Positions 62,951-64,000 of a stretch of DNA of 64,000 bases are shown piece by piece. The notes under the pieces are model-generated. The model was not told where the DNA came from. It made no database searches and worked only from the letters and a program-made list of their open reading frames with translations. The stretch comes from Candidatus Limnocylindrales bacterium (lineage in GTDB: Bacteria > Chloroflexota > Limnocylindria > Limnocylindrales > CSP1-4). How positions within the stretch are numbered: the stretch's first letter is position 1; each line of letters begins with the position of its first letter. The position numbers and the translations under genes were made by a program. The stretch lies in contig JBBRCU010000001.1 of the NCBI GenBank assembly GCA_038204565.1, positions 83,844 to 147,843 of the forward strand. The letters run 5' to 3'.

Positions 62951-64000
62951 TCAGCGCATCCGCCGCCGGTCGCGCCGCCGGAAGGCCAGCCGGAGAAGTC
63001 CAACCCGGAGGCGCCGGTAGGACGAGCCCAGGGCGTGGAGCCGGTCGGCGTCGAGCTCACGCCGGCCGTAGGCAACCTCGACCCGGGCCGCCGCCACGGT
63101 TTCGAGCTCCGGGCGGACGCCGGGCAGGACGTCGCCGAGGGCGACGGCATACTCGAAGGTGGTCTGGTTCGGCCGTGGCCCGAACCCGAACCGGCGGGCC
63201 AGCCCGCTGATCGACGTGTAGACGCCTTCAGGGGTCGTGGCGCCGCGCGGGCCGCGCCGGTACGCGGCGAAGGCGGCGATCAGGACGGTAGCCAGCAGCA
63301 GGATCGAGACCGCGACGAAGGCCCCCGTGCTGGAGCCCGTCGCGTTCGTGGTCGGCCCACCAGCCGCTGGCTGCCCGCTCCGTCGATTCAGGGGATCGGG
63401 CCCATCGCGGCCGGCCCCGCTCGAGAGGGCGATCGACGGCCGCGGCGTGGCGGTCGGGATCGGCTGGGGAGCGCCGGCTGGAAGCTCGTCCACCTGGGCG
63501 CGATCCCCTCCGGTCGGATCGAACCGGTACCAGCCGATGTTCGGGAAGTACACCTCGACCCAGGCGTGCGAGGCGCTCGAGCGGATGGTTTCGCGGCCCG
63601 TGGCCACATCGATCTGGCCCGGCAGAAACCCCTCGACCAGACGGGCGGGGATGTGGGCCTCGCGGAGGAGGATGACCATGGTGCTCGCGAAGTGCTCGCA
63701 GAACCCCGTCTTCGCCCGGGCGAAGCACTCGACGATCGAGCTGTCCCGGTCGCATTGCCCGGCAACGTTCGTGCTGTACTTGTAGATCGGCTTGTGGAGC
63801 TCGTTGACGATCCCGGTCGCAACATCGAAGGGCGTCTCCCGGCCGTTCGCCTTGACCTGGGCCAGGATGTCCTTGAGGAGGGCGTCGGCCGCGGGGCCCA
63901 TCGCCCCGCTCGGAACCTCGAGATAGCGGTCGGTGACCTCCGCCGGATAGTCCGTTCCGGCTGCCGCAAGGCGATTGCCGGTGATCCCGCCCGCCTCGTC
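62951..64000 (-). CDS. Transglutaminase-like domain protein; 5' end lies beyond the window (partial)
   Basis: The Cys-His-Asp core is GFCEHFAS, SHAWVEVY and RFDPT, followed by a C-terminal TM helix. I checked that the frame stays open from 63901 to base 64000 (…ITGNRLAAAGTDYPAEVTDRYLEVPSGAMGP…), so the track start at 63901 is probably internal. Confidence 0.8.
   Translation of the reverse strand, partial: DEAGGITGNRLAAAGTDYPAEVTDRYLEVPSGAMGPAADALLKDILAQVKANGRETPFDVATGIVNELHKPIYKYSTNVAGQCDRDSSIVECFARAKTGFCEHFASTMVILLREAHIPARLVEGFLPGQIDVATGRETIRSSASHAWVEVYFPNIGWYRFDPTGGDRAQVDELPAGAPQPIPTATPRPSIALSSGAGRDGPDPLNRRSGQPAAGGPTTNATGSSTGAFVAVSILLLATVLIAAFAAYRRGPRGATTPEGVYTSISGLARRFGFGPRPNQTTFEYAVALGDVLPGVRPELETVAAARVEVAYGRRELDADRLHALGSSYRRLRVGLLRLAFRRRDRRRMR

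Overview
High-GC (by eye about 70%) bacterial chromosomal segment. It is very densely packed: about 58 protein genes and one tRNA, with no rRNA, CRISPR array, transposase or integrase. Most genes are on the minus strand. Content is mainly housekeeping and central metabolism: comM-dprA, a tyrA-nudix-nfeD-SPFH operon, thpR, ppa, ftsH, a xanthine-dehydrogenase-family L-M-S cluster with a beta carbonic anhydrase, an mrfA/mrfB-like repair pair, a transaldolase/thiolase/cupin/mmsA block, ychF, a vapBC pair, murI, speB, two M20 peptidases, a UvrD-nuclease fusion, rarA, murJ and an aminotransferase-serA-phosphatase operon. Ten gene junctions have 1-4 nt start/stop overlaps. GTG/TTG starts, Pro/Thr-rich linkers and TAnnnT -10 boxes (several only 6-8 nt from the start codon) are common. 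This suggests an Actinomycetota- or Chloroflexota-like lineage, which I cannot resolve without a search. I refined many ORF-track starts using SD motifs, overlaps and homology patterns, and added one gene the track misses (1-969, minus strand, runs off the window). I did not find a clear-cut new multi-gene system. The most unusual items are: (1) a 726-bp ORF-free gap (13183-13908) full of direct repeats, including DnaA-box-like sites, next to a stand-alone DnaB-C-terminal ATPase with its own palindromic operator; (2) two reciprocally degenerate receiver-MinD/CpaE fusion proteins with no pilus genes nearby; (3) a translationally coupled nfeD-SPFH-hydrolase-receiver/ATPase operon; (4) a tandem-repeat Pro/Thr-rich envelope protein beside a basic zinc-ribbon protein; (5) a set of apparently leaderless genes. 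All functional calls come from motif recognition by eye. No database search was run.
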